From: Promethearchaeota archaeon
GTDB lineage: Archaea > Asgardarchaeota > Thorarchaeia > Thorarchaeales > Thorarchaeaceae
DNA: 14,168 nt
NCBI GenBank assembly: GCA_014728035.1
Contig: WJMJ01000112.1
Location: 1 to 14,168, forward strand
Direction: 5' to 3'
In this document: positions 6,088 through 14,168 of the stretch, one piece after another
Layout of the letters: each line of letters begins with the position of its first letter
How positions within the stretch are numbered: position 1 is the first letter of the stretch
The notes under the pieces: generated by a model
What the model saw: the letters and a program-made list of their open reading frames with translations, nothing else
The model's database searches: none
Told to the model about the DNA's origin: nothing
Translations under genes and position numbers: made by a program

Positions 6088-7809
6088 GTGGAAAGAGATG
6101 CATCAATTGTTTTAGCAGGTGCTGCGGGTCAAGGAATAGAAACAGTAGCAGGCATGCTTAGTTCGATCCTGAAGCAGTCGGGATATTATGTCTTTGTGAC
6201 TAGAGAATTTATGTCCCGGATAAGGGGTGGAACAAACTCTCTACAGCTTAGAGTAGCAGATACGAGAGTTGGAGCATATTCTCACAATACACACATTGCG
6301 ATTCCATTGAATGAGAGTGCACTACCACATCTCAAGAAATATGACAGAATACAGGATTTCACAATAATAATTGGAGAAGGTAAATTTCTGGACAGGGTTG
6401 AAAATCACGACAAAGAAAAGGTGATATCGATGGGATTTACCGATATTGCAAAAGAGATCGGAAATAAAATATATTCGAATACAGTTGCTGCTGGACTAAT
6501 AGCCGCTTTTTTCGAAGTTGATGATGCTCTGGCAATAGATTACCTCAAAGAGAGGTTCAGTGACAAAGGAGAAGATGTCATTCAGAAGAATATTGAAGCA
6601 TACCAGAAGGGACAAGAAGAGGGAACAAAGCTAGCTGAACAGAAGATAATCAAATTCAATATTGCAAGAAATGATCAAGCTACAAGTGAGCTACTCCTTA
6701 GTGGTACTGATGCTGTGGCATTAGGAGCGATTGCAGGAGGTTGTAATTTCATTGCATCATATCCCATGTCTCCTTCAACTGGAGTTCTTACATTTCTAGC
6801 AAATCAGTCTCAAGAATTTGGCATTTTTGTAGACCAGACTGAAGACGAAATTTCAGCTATTAACAAAGGATTGGGTGCATGGTATGCGGGAGCAAGGGCA
6901 ATGGTTACAACTTCCGGAGGTGGTTTTGCTTTGATGACAGAGGGGCTAAGTCTTGCAGGGATGATGGAAAGCCCAATGGTCATCCATTTAGCCCAAAGAC
7001 CAGGACCAGCCACGGGCTTACCAACACGAACAGGTCAAGAGGATCTCATGCACGCCCTAAATGCAGCACATGGTGAATTCCCAAGAATCATTTTTGCTCC
7101 GGGAACGCCAGAAGATGCATTTTATCTAGCACAAGGAGCATTCAATTTAGCATCCAAGTTCCAAGTACCAGTTATTATTCTTACAGACCAATTTCTTGTA
7201 GATTCTTCTGGAAACTCGCCAAAACTCCTTGTGGAAGATATTCAAGTTGTTAGACACATAGTGAAAACGGACTCGGAATACAAACGATACAAGCTTACAG
7301 AGGACGGAATATCACCAAGAGGAATTCCGTCATATGGAGAAGGAATCGTTATGGCAGATAGTGATGAGCATGATGAAAATGGTCACATAACAGAAGATCT
7401 GCATCTTCGTGAAAAAATGGTTGAGAAACGAGTCAAAAAGAAATACGCCCTCATAAAAGATGCTTCCCTACCTCCAATAATTGATGGGCCCGAAACGTAT
7501 TCCAAGCTGGTGATAGTATGGGGATCAAACTATTTTGTAGCTAAGGAGGCGGTAGAAAAGCTTGGTAGAAATGATGTGGCTGTAGCATATTTTCGTCAGG
7601 TATATCCAATATCAGACAAGACTAGAAACCTCTTCAAAGATATTGAACAAATTTGCATCATTGAAAACAATGCAACGGGACAATTTGCCAGACTTCTACA
7701 TAGCGAGGTTGACGTGAGGATTCCAGAAGAGGGGTTATTCTTGAAGTATAATGGATTGCCATTTGCAGTAGAAGAGGTTGTGAAGTTTCTTAGCAGTTAT
7801 TTCAAATAG
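6088..7809 (+). CDS. korA: 2-oxoacid:ferredoxin oxidoreductase alpha subunit (fused gamma-alpha)
   Basis: GAAGQGI and SRIRGG in the gamma domain; YPMSPST, EDEISA, TTSGGGFALMTE, QRPGPATGLPT, SDEHDENG and IENNATGQF. Substrate specificity cannot be determined from sequence. Confidence 0.9.
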   Translation: MERDASIVLAGAAGQGIETVAGMLSSILKQSGYYVFVTREFMSRIRGGTNSLQLRVADTRVGAYSHNTHIAIPLNESALPHLKKYDRIQDFTIIIGEGKFLDRVENHDKEKVISMGFTDIAKEIGNKIYSNTVAAGLIAAFFEVDDALAIDYLKERFSDKGEDVIQKNIEAYQKGQEEGTKLAEQKIIKFNIARNDQATSELLLSGTDAVALGAIAGGCNFIASYPMSPSTGVLTFLANQSQEFGIFVDQTEDEISAINKGLGAWYAGARAMVTTSGGGFALMTEGLSLAGMMESPMVIHLAQRPGPATGLPTRTGQEDLMHALNAAHGEFPRIIFAPGTPEDAFYLAQGAFNLASKFQVPVIILTDQFLVDSSGNSPKLLVEDIQVVRHIVKTDSEYKRYKLTEDGISPRGIPSYGEGIVMADSDEHDENGHITEDLHLREKMVEKRVKKKYALIKDASLPPIIDGPETYSKLVIVWGSNYFVAKEAVEKLGRNDVAVAYFRQVYPISDKTRNLFKDIEQICIIENNATGQFARLLHSEVDVRIPEEGLFLKYNGLPFAVEEVVKFLSSYFK

Positions 7810-7812
7810 TGG

Positions 7813-8709
7813 GTGAAGAAAATGAAAAGTGAAGATTATGAAATAATGAACGAAGTTGAATACGACATTGCATGGTGTCCAGGTTGTGGAAACTATCCCA
7901 TCAGAAAGGTAATGCAGCAGGTTCTAGCTGAATTAAAGATCAAGTTTCAGAATGTGGTTTTTGTTTCTGGAATTGGCCAAGCAGCGAAAATGCCACATTA
8001 CTTGAAAGTAAATGGCTTCAATGGACTTCATGGGCGAGCATTGCCTCCAGCTATTGCAATCAAGTCAGCAAATCCAGATCTCACGGTAATAGCTGAGAGT
8101 GGAGATGGATGTATGTATGGCGAAGGAGGGAACCACTTTCTGCATACAATTCTACGAAATCCCGACATCACTATGTTAGTACACAACAATATGGTATACG
8201 GTCTTACGAAAGGCCAAGCATCACCCACAAGTAGGAAGGGCTTCGTTACATCCGTTCAGACCACGGGTCGTGGGGGAGTAACAAACCAACCATTCAACCC
8301 CCTTGCATTGGCAATATCACTGGGCGCATCTTTTGTAGCCCGAGCATTCATTGGAGATAACGAAGAATCGAAAGAAATTATGAAACAGGCAATTCAGCAT
8401 AAGGGATTCTCTTTTGTAGATGTCTTTCAACCGTGTGTTACTTATAATCATCTTAACACCTATCAGTGGTATAAAGAGAACACATACTACCTTCCTGAAG
8501 ACCATGATATAAGCAGTCAAACAGATGCTCTAACAAAAGCCCTAGAAGATGATAAATACCCACTAGGTATTTTCTATGTACGGGATAATGTTTCAACCTT
8601 TGAAGAGGATAGTGGAATCTATGAGGAGGATGCAAAACCACTATTCCAAAGAGAAGTGGATAAGAAGAAGCTAAAGAAGCTGATAGACTCTCTAGCTGAT
8701 GGGCTCTGA
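7813..8709 (+). CDS. korB: 2-oxoacid:ferredoxin oxidoreductase beta subunit (TPP-binding)
   Basis: WCPGCGN, SGIGQ, LHGRALP, GDG...NN TPP motif, [11 protein letters not shown] and QPCVTYN. Starts 3 nt after korA; ATG at 7822 is an alternative start. Confidence 0.9.
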   Translation: MKKMKSEDYEIMNEVEYDIAWCPGCGNYPIRKVMQQVLAELKIKFQNVVFVSGIGQAAKMPHYLKVNGFNGLHGRALPPAIAIKSANPDLTVIAESGDGCMYGEGGNHFLHTILRNPDITMLVHNNMVYGLTKGQASPTSRKGFVTSVQTTGRGGVTNQPFNPLALAISLGASFVARAFIGDNEESKEIMKQAIQHKGFSFVDVFQPCVTYNHLNTYQWYKENTYYLPEDHDISSQTDALTKALEDDKYPLGIFYVRDNVSTFEEDSGIYEEDAKPLFQREVDKKKLKKLIDSLADGL

Positions 8710-8815
8710 ACGTATAACATTGGTAGTTTCAGCAGCCTTATTGATACATCCCCCAATTACTACTACACATATGTCAGCTAGTACGATAAGAAGGCATTTC
8801 TGCATAATACTAAAC

Positions 8816-8866
8816 AAAAAAATATGCTCCCACCACCCGAAACCACTCCTTGAGAGGAGTAGTGGG
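8816..8866 (-). terminator. Hairpin(s) plus T7 tract downstream of the ferritin-like gene
   Basis: On the minus strand, CCCACTACTC can pair with GGGTGGTGGG (10 bp), or ACTACTCCT with AGGAGTGGT (9 bp). TTTTTTT follows at 8822..8816. Confidence 0.5.
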
Positions 8867-8898
8867 CAGTATCAAGCATTTTGGATAACAACTTAGAT

Positions 8899-9222
8899 TC
8901 ACTTGATTCCAAGCTTTTCCATCTCTTCTTCCACTTCTTCCATACCCTCGGTATAGAAGTCTTTCTCATCTGGTGCAAGATGATAGAGCAAACGCAGAAA
9001 TTCACCTGCATGTACCCGTTCTTCATTAGCGATATCAATTAGCACTTCTTGAGCTAATTTATCATCTGTAGATTCTGCAAGTTGGATATAAAGCTGAATC
9101 GCCTCATACTCTGCAGCAATCATGAAGCGAATTGCACGGATCAGTTCACTCTTGGTTAATTTGCGATCATTTGCAAGACCAGCAAAGGGATGACCAAATT
9201 CTGGAATACATAAAACCTCCAA
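8899..9222 (-). CDS. Small ferritin-like / rubrerythrin-family protein (encapsulated-ferritin-like two-helix type)
   Basis: LIRAIRFMIAAEYEAIQLY...DIANEERVHAGEF carries di-iron carboxylate E and ExxH ligands. The start is uncertain (TTG 9222 or ATT 9207). Confidence 0.85.
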   Translation of the reverse strand: MEVLCIPEFGHPFAGLANDRKLTKSELIRAIRFMIAAEYEAIQLYIQLAESTDDKLAQEVLIDIANEERVHAGEFLRLLYHLAPDEKDFYTEGMEEVEEEMEKLGIK

Positions 9223-9223
9223 T

Positions 9224-9466
9224 CTATTCCTTTGATAAAGGCAATATCTTTCTTGCTACAAAAACATCAGTATTACCTAAGGTTTCATATTCAACTTCAA
9301 CAGATTTCCCAGGTTCTAGCGAGTCATATTCTGTGTAATTATCAACTTTGATATCAATGGTCTTGTCGTCAGTATCAGATTTTATGGTAATGAATCCAAA
9401 CCTCACATCTTCTTCTGACAAATCACTTAGTTTAGTTGCGGTGATTAATCCTCTAATTTTTTTCAA
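9224..9466 (-). CDS. Small hypothetical protein, beta-rich, OB-fold-like
   Basis: 80 aa with alternating strands (IRGLIT, FITIK, IDIKVD..T.Y, LEPGKSVEVEY, VARKI). The stop is 1 nt before the ferritin-like TTG. The fold call is inference. Confidence 0.65.
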   Translation of the reverse strand: MKKIRGLITATKLSDLSEEDVRFGFITIKSDTDDKTIDIKVDNYTEYDSLEPGKSVEVEYETLGNTDVFVARKILPLSKE

Positions 9467-9733
9467 TATTCTAATACATCCTATAGATTTACTTGAATTT
9501 CCAAGTAAACACTTTTCTATAGTTAATTTCTCATCGGGACTAATAAAAGGTTGGATATTGTAATAAAATCAACACAATATAGCGAGCAAAAGAGAAATTA
9601 TTTGAAATCTAATAAATATTGCAACATACACGATAAGCATTAGCCCCATATAATTTCAGGCACATGTAGAATACATCAATTCTAGATATAATGCAAAATC
9701 AATAATTGAAAGAAGCTAACTGGTGGAAAGGCC

Positions 9734-10732
9734 ATGACAGACTTTCTAAAGAAAACATACAAAATAATGGAAATCCAGGGAAAAGCAATTATCGCGACAC
9801 TTGAATCTACAACACTACAACAACCAGAAGCTCTTCTTAATCGACAGCAGATCATTCTTACAGGTTGTGGAGATTCATATGCAGTGGCAAACTTTGGACG
9901 ATGGATTTTTCTGAACATTGGAATACCGTCTGTCTGTATCTCTCCAACAGAGATAGAACAGATTCCAATCAATTCCGACTTTACCATTATTGGTGTTACT
10001 GCTTCAGGTCGAAGTCGCACTACTGTCAAGGCACTTCGCCATGCCCAAGAGAGAGAAGCATACACAATAGCTTTGACAGATAATCCGAATGGAGAGATAC
10101 ATGAGCTCGCTCACGAGTTGTGGCTGACAGAGTCAGGAGTCACAACATATGATATTGTTCCAACTGCACCAACAACAACTGCAATGGGGTATTTATTGAA
10201 AATAGCAGAGATATTAGGCAATGATGAGAGCATAAGTAAAGATTGTAAACATCTTTCAAAAGTTATGGAGAATGCAATACAGTGGGCCAAGAAATGGGGA
10301 GAAGAATTCAGTGAGAAACTAATCCCAGATGGAACGTTGTATCTTATTTCAGAAGGACCAAATTTTGTGGCAGCAGACCTAGGAATGATGAAATTCAATG
10401 AATATGCAGTGATGAAAAGCCAAACGGTACTGAGGGAAGAATTTCGACACCACGGAAATCTTCCGACAAAGGATAATGACACAGTGATGTTAATCACAGA
10501 TTCCCCAATGACAGATGCAGATGAGAGATACATCCAAGTGATATCAGAAACATTACGGTTGAATGCTACAATCCTGTGTACTCCATCATATTTAGATATC
10601 AGAACACGTTTTGCACAAACAATCTTAAACACAATTGCATTACAGTACGCTGCATATCATAATGTATTGAAATATCATCCAGAAATGGAATGGTTCAGAC
10701 TTCCTAATGCCAAAGCATTCAGAATATATTGA
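9734..10732 (+). CDS. Double-SIS-domain sugar isomerase/deaminase-like protein (GlmS/FrlB/AgaS family, no glutaminase domain)
   Basis: EIQ, LTGCGDS, TASGRS, ALTDNP, MKFNE and EEFRH motifs; 332 aa. Confidence 0.85.
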   Translation: MTDFLKKTYKIMEIQGKAIIATLESTTLQQPEALLNRQQIILTGCGDSYAVANFGRWIFLNIGIPSVCISPTEIEQIPINSDFTIIGVTASGRSRTTVKALRHAQEREAYTIALTDNPNGEIHELAHELWLTESGVTTYDIVPTAPTTTAMGYLLKIAEILGNDESISKDCKHLSKVMENAIQWAKKWGEEFSEKLIPDGTLYLISEGPNFVAADLGMMKFNEYAVMKSQTVLREEFRHHGNLPTKDNDTVMLITDSPMTDADERYIQVISETLRLNATILCTPSYLDIRTRFAQTILNTIALQYAAYHNVLKYHPEMEWFRLPNAKAFRIY

Positions 10733-10774
10733 TGTGATTTAGAAAGGAATACAACTCATGGAACCAATCAAAGG

Positions 10775-11740
10775 ATGATGACGTTGCGCGATATTATAAA
10801 AGACAGCGATAGACCAGATGAAGTAAGACATATCGCAGAGTATGTTAATGCTCATCAAGACGAGTTCATTGCTTTTGTACGCGAAACTTTTGATGAGGGA
10901 ACAGAAGAATCTAAGAACCTAATTTTGAACCTGATTGATTATATTACCGAGCAATTAGCAATTTCTGTAATCGAACATGCAATTGAAGATTCAAGTGACC
11001 AAATAAGAATTCGTGGCCTTAAATCAGCATATCGTATTCGTGTAGAATCACTAAACAACAGACTGGCCGAATATATAGAAGACCAAGATTTACCTTTTGA
11101 AGTTCAGAAATGGTCAGTACACATTCTAGCAAGTACAGACCCTAGAGCATATGGAAAACAGCTTCGTAAAATGGCAAGAGATACTTCAATGGATCTACGA
11201 ATACGAAAGGAAATCATCTATGCACTTACCAATGTTTCAGATGATGAAACCATCGGAACATTTTGTACACTACTTGGAGATGCAAATCCAGAAATTCGGC
11301 AAGCTGGAGCATGGGCTCTAAGTAGAGTGAGTGTTCCAGCTTCGATTAACTGCTTATTAGCAGCCATGGAGGATGATGATGAGGAAGTTCGGAATTGGAG
11401 CATTCGTGCATTACGCGATATGGATGATGCTTACGCGCTTCAGATGCTTGTAGAAACAATGCTCAAAGTGGAACCCAATGAACAAACACGAATGATTAGA
11501 CTGCTCGTGGAAAAACGATCGGAAATAATTCTTCGCGCAATTGCTGAACTTCTATCCTCACCGGATGTGAATGTAAGACGTCTAGCAGCGTGGGCAATGG
11601 GCGTATCACCATATCCACCAGCCATGAATGCATTGAAAGAATTAATTGATGATGAAGACGAACAAGTTCAAACTTATGCCAAAAAGGCTATTGCTAGATT
11701 AGGAGGTCTTGATTTCAGAGGAGTGGGACTTGGTCTATGA
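10775..11740 (+). CDS. HEAT-repeat (PBS-lyase HEAT-like) protein
   Basis: Repeated L.D.xxEVR..A..AL units: LLGDANPEIRQAGAWAL, MEDDDEEVRNWSIRAL, LSSPDVNVRRLAAWAM, IDDEDEQVQTYAKKAI. Confidence 0.88.
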   Translation: MMTLRDIIKDSDRPDEVRHIAEYVNAHQDEFIAFVRETFDEGTEESKNLILNLIDYITEQLAISVIEHAIEDSSDQIRIRGLKSAYRIRVESLNNRLAEYIEDQDLPFEVQKWSVHILASTDPRAYGKQLRKMARDTSMDLRIRKEIIYALTNVSDDETIGTFCTLLGDANPEIRQAGAWALSRVSVPASINCLLAAMEDDDEEVRNWSIRALRDMDDAYALQMLVETMLKVEPNEQTRMIRLLVEKRSEIILRAIAELLSSPDVNVRRLAAWAMGVSPYPPAMNALKELIDDEDEQVQTYAKKAIARLGGLDFRGVGLGL

Positions 11741-11742
11741 TT

Positions 11743-12504
11743 TTACATCATACCTCTGTAGAGACCACCGTCGACTAACAGCAGAGCACCATGAATATAC
11801 GAAGCAATCGGACTAAGGAGAAATGTACATACAGCGCCAAATTCATTAGGTGAACCGATTCGTCCGAGAGGAATCTGAGAAATTAGATTCGCCTTGAGGG
11901 ATGAATCCGTTGATGCTTCAAAGAGTTGTGTGACGCGATCCGTCTGAATATAGCCAGGACAGATAGCGTTGACACGAATTCCATCTGGGCCTATCTCATC
12001 CGCCAAGGTTCGCATCATGCCAATTACTGCGGGGCGAAGTGCGTTTGACAACAGTAAATTAGGGATTGGTTGTTTTACAGATATAGAAGTACTGTATAAG
12101 ATAGATGCGTCTTTGGACTTTTTCAAAAGAGGAAGAAATTCTCTAGTAAGCCGTACTGCACTCATCAAAGTTAGCTCAAAAGATTCACGCCATTCCGAAT
12201 CAGAAATATCGCTGAATTCACCAGGAGGAGGGCCTCCTGCATTTACAAACAAGCCATCAAGATGGGATGTACTATCAGATACTTGCTCAACAAGAGTAAG
12301 AATATCTTCAGGTTTCGATACATCGGCAATAACATATTTGGAACTGGGTCCAAGGGATTCTACAGCCTCTTGTAATGATTTCTCAGTTCTTGAACAGATA
12401 ATCACAGTAGCACCCTCTTTGACCAATGATTGTGCGACACTAAAGCCAAGTCCTCGTGATGCCGCTGTAACAAGAATCGTCTTCTTTTTCATAGCAAGGT
12501 CCAA
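11743..12504 (-). CDS. SDR oxidoreductase, atypical BKR-like subfamily (3-oxoacyl-ACP reductase-like)
   Basis: TAASRGLG, NAGGPPPG, VNAICPG..TDR and LLVDGG. SNALR stands in place of YxxxK. Likely start is TTG at 12504 (MDLAMKKKT) after GGTGG, or ATG at 12492. The track's 12681 extension overlaps the next gene. Confidence 0.88.
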   Translation of the reverse strand: MDLAMKKKTILVTAASRGLGFSVAQSLVKEGATVIICSRTEKSLQEAVESLGPSSKYVIADVSKPEDILTLVEQVSDSTSHLDGLFVNAGGPPPGEFSDISDSEWRESFELTLMSAVRLTREFLPLLKKSKDASILYSTSISVKQPIPNLLLSNALRPAVIGMMRTLADEIGPDGIRVNAICPGYIQTDRVTQLFEASTDSSLKANLISQIPLGRIGSPNEFGAVCTFLLSPIASYIHGALLLVDGGLYRGMM

Positions 12505-12556
12505 AGTAAACCACCATACTATATGGTCACGTAGAAATATTTGATTCAATCTATAT

Positions 12557-12844
12557 TTACTTCGCGCTGGTGCGCACAGTAGGGTCCATTCTTGCACCCA
12601 TCTCAACCTCAAGATGCAGGAATGCAGAACTGAGACGCTGGAATTCTTTCTGTACCTTGAAGGTACCAATACCAATCTCATTAAGGAGGCTCTCGACTTT
12701 TCTTGGAGTTAACCGTGCATTTTCTTTGGAATTGAATGCAAGAACGACTCGATGGACATCTGGATCCGGTACTCTAAATACAGAACGACAATAGACTCCA
12801 CGTTCGCTCAGAGCATGCTTAATTTTCGATTCCACTTTTTTCAT
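12557..12844 (-). CDS. Hypothetical protein (95 aa, alpha/beta pattern)
   Basis: Clean ATG-started ORF with protein-like composition, co-oriented with and directly upstream of the SDR. No motif recognised. Confidence 0.7.
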   Translation of the reverse strand: MKKVESKIKHALSERGVYCRSVFRVPDPDVHRVVLAFNSKENARLTPRKVESLLNEIGIGTFKVQKEFQRLSSAFLHLEVEMGARMDPTVRTSAK

Positions 12845-13031
12845 TTTTATTCCCTATAGTCTATTCAGATTTGGAACTAAAGAACACCAGTAATATCAGT
12901 GTAATACCTAATACTCGTCCTCTGTTCTAACATAGTGTACCTCCGAAAGAATGAATACTATTCACTCGATTGCGCCGAGCATTCACCTGAAATGTGAAAT
13001 TGCATCCTTTGAGCAGTAGGTGTTAGTTCAA

Positions 13032-14021
13032 ATGGATGAGGAAGGTTTCAAGACATATTTAATGGACCGTAAAGTCTCAGAAGAGACAATTTCTGAATCA
13101 ATTGAATTGGTAAAACGATTCGAGTCATTTCTACAGGAGAACTTTGGAGAGGTTGTGTCTGTTGATACTGCAACTGAAGATGAAGCGAACAGATTTGTGA
13201 GGGAACTGATTCAAGAAGGTACGAATTCGCTAAAGAATTTAATAGCCATAGCAAGATACGGCTACTTCTCAAAGAATCAACAGCTTTACATCAGTGTGCT
13301 GGAACTCATAGATGGTTCTGATGTCGGAGAAGTGCTTTTTGAAAAGATAGGTGAAGCAGTCGGCGACTCACAGAGAACTGAAATATTTGGCGACATAGAG
13401 ATTCCACCAATAGGAACTCCATCAAAGGACAAACCAAAATTTACTAAGGCTATCATGGAACAGATGGAGTCCAACCTTGATGAAACAACCTGTCAGAAGA
13501 TATTATCCAGTGTAGCACATGGTATCCCCAAAGAATACTACGAGAAAGAACGAGCAAAGTTTCTTGAAGCAGGTAACGTTGATGAATATCTCAAAAAGAA
13601 ACGAGAACAGAACATATCAACATTGGAGAAACACAGAGAAGAAGGAACACTGTTCTTTAATCAAGAGATCACAGATGAAGTTCTAAAATACGTCAAAAGT
13701 AGACCAGATGTGCTTACTGGTGAACGACGTGGTGACGTTATCTATCATACCAAAATTCCATTCCTCACTCACAAGTATCTCAAAGAGAAAGACCCCAAGA
13801 TGAAACGTTACTATGCATGTCACTGCGCCTGGGCAAGAGAGACAATACTACAAGAGGACATGGAGGTCTCACCAACTTTCTGCTACTGCAGTGGAGGTTT
13901 CTCTAAACAGCCATGGGAAGTAGCATTTGATCAGGACCTTGAAGTACGAATGATCAAGTCTGCACTCAAGGGAGATATGGAGTGCGCTTTTGAGATTCCC
14001 ATCCCAGAGAAGTATAGATGA
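13032..14021 (+). CDS. Hypothetical protein with a Cys-rich C-terminal domain (DUF6144/V4R-like, putative metal or ligand binding)
   Basis: YYACHCAWAR...PTFCYCSGGF...KSALKGDMECAFEI resembles a V4R-type C-terminus. ATG at 13032 (MDEEGF) is preferred; an in-frame GTG lies at 13020. Confidence 0.75.
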   Translation: MDEEGFKTYLMDRKVSEETISESIELVKRFESFLQENFGEVVSVDTATEDEANRFVRELIQEGTNSLKNLIAIARYGYFSKNQQLYISVLELIDGSDVGEVLFEKIGEAVGDSQRTEIFGDIEIPPIGTPSKDKPKFTKAIMEQMESNLDETTCQKILSSVAHGIPKEYYEKERAKFLEAGNVDEYLKKKREQNISTLEKHREEGTLFFNQEITDEVLKYVKSRPDVLTGERRGDVIYHTKIPFLTHKYLKEKDPKMKRYYACHCAWARETILQEDMEVSPTFCYCSGGFSKQPWEVAFDQDLEVRMIKSALKGDMECAFEIPIPEKYR

Positions 14022-14168
14022 TATGCTAAACAGCTAGCATTGATAGAAAAATAGTTACAAAGACTATTTTGAGAAAATGAAAGGAATTGGAGCCGCATTG
14101 CAAAAAGAGTTTGACTCCTTGCTTGAACTACTTCACTAAAACGATTATAGAAGAATGGTCGGAACGGC

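Noticed and set aside
8707-8866. Selenocysteine read-through of the korB TGA with a downstream SECIS
   Set aside because: KorB is already complete at the TGA, the hairpin's G-U pairs favour the opposite strand, and no SECIS core motif is evident.
12030-12060. Loss of catalytic YxxxK (SNALR) in the second SDR as a sign of pseudogenisation
   Set aside because: This substitution is typical of the BKR-like atypical SDR subfamily with NAGGPPPG, and the frame is intact.
14022-14168. Possible gene or pseudogene fragment at the right edge
   Set aside because: Too short, and no frame gives a recognisable product, so it cannot be supported from this window.

Overview
Archaeal genomic window; Asgard (Thorarchaeota-like) origin is my impression from gene content, not something I can verify here. 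Left third, minus strand: tRNA-Lys(TTT) with a non-canonical T-arm intron, a predicted structured ~80-nt RNA, unsplit rpoB, and the 5' part of rpoA1/rpoA. The most unusual feature lies between rpoB and rpoA1. The reading frame coupled to the rpoB stop codon (TAATG overlap) is not rpoA1. It is an 83-aa chimera whose first 20 residues match the RpoA' N-terminus exactly (11 nt differences, all synonymous), followed by an unrelated segment that looks like a TFB/cyclin-box helical repeat. The full-length rpoA1 starts about 490 nt downstream with its own TATA-like box and Shine-Dalgarno. The rest of the window holds an intron-containing tRNA-Asp(GTC), two SDR oxidoreductases, a 2-oxoacid:ferredoxin oxidoreductase alpha/beta pair, a small ferritin-like protein (possible ATT start), a small OB-fold-like protein, a double-SIS sugar isomerase-like protein, a HEAT-repeat protein and two hypothetical proteins. 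I found no integrase, transposase, reverse transcriptase or CRISPR array.
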